Positions 60,401-63,877 of a stretch of DNA of 63,877 nt are shown here, piece after piece; position 1 is the stretch's first letter; each line of letters begins with the position of its first letter. Source of the DNA: Malacoraja senta (Eukaryota). A program made the translations under genes and the position numbers. The notes under the pieces are model-generated. The model had not been told where the DNA came from. It saw only the letters and a program-made list of their open reading frames with translations, and searched no databases. The stretch covers positions 2,854,124-2,918,000 of the forward strand of contig CM075994.1 in the NCBI GenBank assembly GCA_038087875.1. The letters run 5' to 3'.

Positions 60401-61822
60401 GTTTCCATGCTGTATGCTGTATTTAAAGAAATGTTCTAATTGCTTTAGAGTGGTCGTATTCATCAAACATTGTCTTCATTTGCTTTCACATTTATTTGTG
60501 TAACCAACATAAACCTGATTTTGTGGGGTAACAAACTTGTCATATTGTGTCCAACTTTAAAATCACGGCAATAACCCAGTATTGCCAAACCAATAAAAAG
60601 ATGAAGGAAAGTCACAAAGATAATCTTAAACAATTTAGTTTGTATTTCAATTTTAATCTTAAAATGTAATAAATAATTACCTTGGAGGGACTGCAAAGAC
60701 ATCAGGATGTAATTCAACGACACCCAATTTCTCATCAAACCCCTGCAGAGACTCCAGCCAAGCTTGTCTGGGCTTGAGATGTGAAGGAATAGCAATCTCA
60801 CACTTTCTCAAGACAGGCTGTCCAGCATCAATTGGGGTGGGTCCTAAAATATATTGAACAGATAGGATAAATGCACAGAATTATTAAATCAAGAACCAGA
60901 CAACATAGGTTTAGTATGAGAGGGGCACGATTTAATAGGAACCTGAGCGGCAACATTTCCACTCAGAGGGTGAATGGATATATGGACCAAGCTGCCAGAG
61001 GAGATAGATGAGGCAGGTCCAATAACAGCATTTAAAAGGCACGTTAACAGGTACATGGATGGGAAGGGTTCAGAGGACTGTTGGCCAAATACAGGAGAGA
61101 TCTTGGGGCACACAATGGGGCATCCCCACACAATGGGGCATCTTGGTCAGCATGGATAAGGTGAGCTGAAGGTAGACACAAATATTGGAGTAACTCAGCA
61201 GGACAGGCAATATCTCTGGAGAGAAGGAAAGGGTGATGTTTCGGGTCAAGACCCTTTGCCTGTTTCTATGCTGTATGACTCGCTCTCTATAACAGCTGTT
61301 CTTGAAAGCAATACCACCTATGTACTTTGTAAGATTTTTTTAAAGAACATAACAATACACATTACTTCATGCTGAATGGGTATCCTAGTAAGTAAGCTTC
61401 AGCCTTTTGAACCTTTAGCAATGACCAAGAACCAAGTTACTGAAATCAGAATCCTTTGGACAAAAGATTGTTTTGTTTTTTAAGCCCCCTTCAAGAAGCC
61501 AATTTTATTTGTCACTTTGTCCATTCCCTCCACACAGATGCTGCCTGACCCACTGAGTTCCTCCACCACTTTGTGAATTGCTCAAGGTTACAACGTTTTG
61601 CAATTTCCTGTGTCTTCAGATGATACCTACAAACTCAGAAACACAAAGGCAGAGATTCTTCCAGTGGTATTTTACTTTTTATATTGATCCAAACATACAC
61701 TTAAGAGTTTTATTAGCTTAAACAATACTGAATAGCATACCTTTCCTTTCTTTCTTAATTATGTTTGTTTGGAGCCGGAGATTTGTTGGCAACTCATTTC
61801 CTCCTGATAGAACTGACACCAA
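48321..61822 (-). CDS. MRPL4: Mitochondrial ribosomal protein L4 (uL4m), spliced; first exon not found in window
   Basis: Eight phase-consistent GT-AG exons encoding L4 signatures [83 protein letters not shown]. Confidence 0.97.
49064..49137 (-). CDS. MRPL4: MRPL4 exon
   Basis: [24 protein letters not shown]; ag/gtaagt. Confidence 0.92.
49349..49458 (-). CDS. MRPL4: MRPL4 exon
   Basis: [36 protein letters not shown]; ag/gtgagt. Confidence 0.95.
49670..49960 (-). mobile_element. V-SINE-like element
   Basis: Reverse-complement similarity to 141-456. Confidence 0.8.
50407..50513 (-). CDS. MRPL4: MRPL4 exon
   Basis: [35 protein letters not shown]; ag/gtaagt. Confidence 0.95.
51084..51225 (-). 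mobile_element. Short retroelement with 5' HDV-like ribozyme and GAA tail
   Basis: 12-bp TSD TTCAATGTGATC (51072-51083, 51226-51237); 3' tail aaaaagaa; internal 18-bp inverted repeat. Confidence 0.8.
51173..51226 (-). ncRNA. Minimal HDV-like ribozyme fold
   Basis: AGGGTGG AA GATTGCA ACC TTCACTT GGT CCACCCT GT TTCGA CGAA TGCAATC: P1 7 bp, P2 7 bp, P3 3 bp, 7-nt L3, vestigial P4, J4/2 CGAA. Confidence 0.8.
52059..52176 (-). CDS. MRPL4: MRPL4 exon
   Basis: [39 protein letters not shown]. Confidence 0.97.
52753..52804 (-). CDS. MRPL4: MRPL4 exon (52 nt)
   Basis: [17 protein letters not shown]; acag/gtaagt. Confidence 0.95.
54011..57356. mobile_element. Large non-autonomous hAT-like DNA transposon with duplicated right end
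   Basis: TIR CAGGGCTGCCAAC at 54011; inverted copies at ~56291-56303 (perfect) and ~57344-57356; TGACAG on both outer flanks. Confidence 0.65.
56304..56970. repeat. Polypyrimidine (CT-rich) low-complexity tract
   Basis: Almost exclusively C/T. Confidence 0.95.
58541..59385 (-). mobile_element. L2-clade LINE 3' fragment nested in a Penelope fragment
   Basis: [24 protein letters not shown]...SRSLRS; (cttga)n tail; Penelope sequence on both sides. Confidence 0.85.
59695..59967 (-). mobile_element. V-SINE-like element
   Basis: Reverse-complement similarity to 141-456. Confidence 0.8.
60112..60415 (+). mobile_element. V-SINE-like element
   Basis: Similar to 141-456. Confidence 0.8.
60681..60843 (-). 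CDS. MRPL4: MRPL4 exon
   Basis: [55 protein letters not shown]|gtaatt. Confidence 0.95.
61741..61822 (-). CDS. MRPL4: MRPL4 exon (probable exon 2)
   Basis: aatag|[28 protein letters not shown]|gtatgc; phase 1 matches the next exon. Confidence 0.75.
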
Positions 61823-62339
61823 CTATTTCAAGAGCACAAAAGAACATGTTCAATTAATGCAACAGTAAAATGTGCAGTCCCACTATCTTCAGACACACAT
61901 TCTCTATTTAACTGAATAACTAGTCTGAAGAAGGGTCCCAACCTGAAACATTACCTATCCATGTTCTCCAGAGATGCTGCCTGACCCACTGAGTAGCTCC
62001 AGCACTGGATTCTTTTATCACTAACTATTTGATTAGTGACGGAGGTAGAGCTGCAGCCTTACAGCGCCAGAGGCCCGGATTCCATCCTGTCTATGGGTGC
62101 TGCCTGTACGTTCTCTGTGACCATGTAGGTTTCCTCAAGGTGCTTTGGTTTCCTCCCACATTACAAAGACATGCAGGTTTGTACGTTAATTGGCTTCTAT
62201 AAATTGTCCCCAGTGTATAGGATAGAACCAGTGTATGGGTGATTGCTGGTCGGCACAGACTCGGTGGGTCGAAGGACCCGTCTCCATGCTGTACCTCTAA
62301 AGGATGTTTTGCAGGACAGTGAGAGTAGGCAGGGAAAGG

Positions 62340-62539
62340 NNNNNNNNNNNNNNNNNNNNNNNNNNNNNNNNNNNNNNNNNNNNNNNNNNNNNNNNNNNNN
62401 NNNNNNNNNNNNNNNNNNNNNNNNNNNNNNNNNNNNNNNNNNNNNNNNNNNNNNNNNNNNNNNNNNNNNNNNNNNNNNNNNNNNNNNNNNNNNNNNNNNN
62501 NNNNNNNNNNNNNNNNNNNNNNNNNNNNNNNNNNNNNNN
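62340..62539. other. Assembly gap (200 N)
   Basis: Run of n. Confidence 1.
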
Positions 62540-63090
62540 AAAAAAGCAACAAGACACACATCTACATAAAAGTTAACATAAACCTCCACCACAGCGGATT
62601 CCCCACATTCCTCACTATGGTGGAAGGCAATAAAGTCTAATCATCTTCTTCCCTCATTTTTCTCCTGTGGTCGGGGCAGTCGAACCATCCACAGTCGGGG
62701 TGATCGAAGCTCCTGCGTCGGGGTGATCGAAGCTCCCATATCAGGGTGATCGAAGCCCCGCATTGGGACGGTTGAAGCTCCTGCGGCTTGGAGTTCCCGA
62801 AGTCTGTCGAGAGACTGTAAGCTCCACGATGTTAAAGTCCGCAGGCTCCCGTGGTAGAGCTCAGAGGTCGATCCCTGGCAAAGGTATCGCAAGCTCCGCG
62901 ATGTTAAAGTCCGCAGGCATCCATGGTGGAGCTCTCGGTCGGTCTCCAGCAAAGGCCGGCAACTCCTCGATGTTAGGCCGCAGTGCGGACGGAGATACGA
63001 TACCGAAAATAAATCACATCTCCGTCGAGGTAAGAGATTAGAAAAAGTTTCCCTCAACCCCCTCCCCCAACCCCCACATAAAACAAGCTA
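62540..63090. repeat. Unclassified CpG-rich interspersed repeat with short internal tandem units
   Basis: Repeated gtcggggtgatcgaagctcc and cgatgttaaagtccgcaggc units; appears to interrupt SINE sequence. Confidence 0.55.
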
Positions 63091-63877
63091 ATATTCCTAT
63101 ATTCCAAAGACATGTGGGTTTGTAGATTAATTGGCCTCTGTAAATTGCCCCTAGTGTGTAGGATACGAAAGTGGGATAACATAGAGCTAGTGTACGAGTG
63201 ATCGATGTTTGGCAAGGACCCAGTGGGCCGAAGGGCCTGTTTCCACTCTGTATCTCTAAAGTAAGTAATAGAAGATTTAATGGTGCCATTGTACCTCTAA
63301 TAATTGTCCATCAGCCCTGCACATGAACATCCGTGTGACTTGAATCCACAATCCAATAATAGGAACTAGGTGTTTGTACCCAAGGATATTCAGCTCCAAT
63401 GTTTTTTGTGTAATTATGTTATCTGTTGGCAAAATAATGAAGCAGGCCAGGCTCTTGGTCACAAAGTTAGTGTTTATTAACAATGGGAATGTTAATAGTT
63501 TTTATTTTAGCCCCAACCCTCGCCTCTACACCTATCCACGAATGTTACCACACTAACTCCATTCCTATCCCTAGTTCCTCATTCTAGAGATACTGGACAC
63601 TGGAGGAATGGCACACATCATATTCCGCTTGGGTACCTTCCAACCTAATGGTATGAACATTGAATTCTCCAAGTTTAGGTTATCATCAACCTCCCCTCCC
63701 ACACCACACACACACACACACACACTTCTTCCTCCAGGAATGCTGGAGTAACTCATTGGGTCAGGCAGCAACTGTGGAGAACGTGGATAGGTGACGATTC
63801 AGATCAATGGGCTCCACTTTTACCTTTTGCAGTTATCAGCACCATGATAATGGAGACAAATACTTAGGAAATGCATA

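Noticed and set aside
62091..62592. ORFs spanning X runs
   Set aside because: Caused by the 200-N assembly gap.

Overview
Eukaryotic, repeat-rich vertebrate DNA, most likely a cartilaginous fish (skate/ray; inferred from the CR1/HER1-like LINE, tRNA-derived V-SINE/HE1-like, Rex1/Babar and Penelope repeat mix). Two spliced protein-coding genes were reconstructed by hand. HYLS1 is on + (CpG-island promoter ~28.3 kb, 11 coding exons 32365-48243, one junction unresolved). MRPL4 is on - (8 coding exons 48321-61822, first exon not found in the window). They converge with only 77 bp between their stop codons. There is also a U1 snRNA pseudogene fragment (1-129), candidate exons of an unidentified minus-strand gene, and many decayed TEs (CR1, Rex1, L2, Tx1, Penelope, Gypsy LTR, Helitron, hAT-like, Harbinger-like). 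The most notable signal is RNA-structural. Two different short (GAA)-tailed, TSD-flanked retroelements each begin with a complete HDV-like ribozyme fold (18530-18596 +, core near-identical to the mammalian CPEB3 ribozyme as recalled; 51173-51226 -, sense in an MRPL4 intron). Penelope-derived termini also carry minimal hammerhead-ribozyme motifs. TE boundaries are approximate unless a TSD is given.
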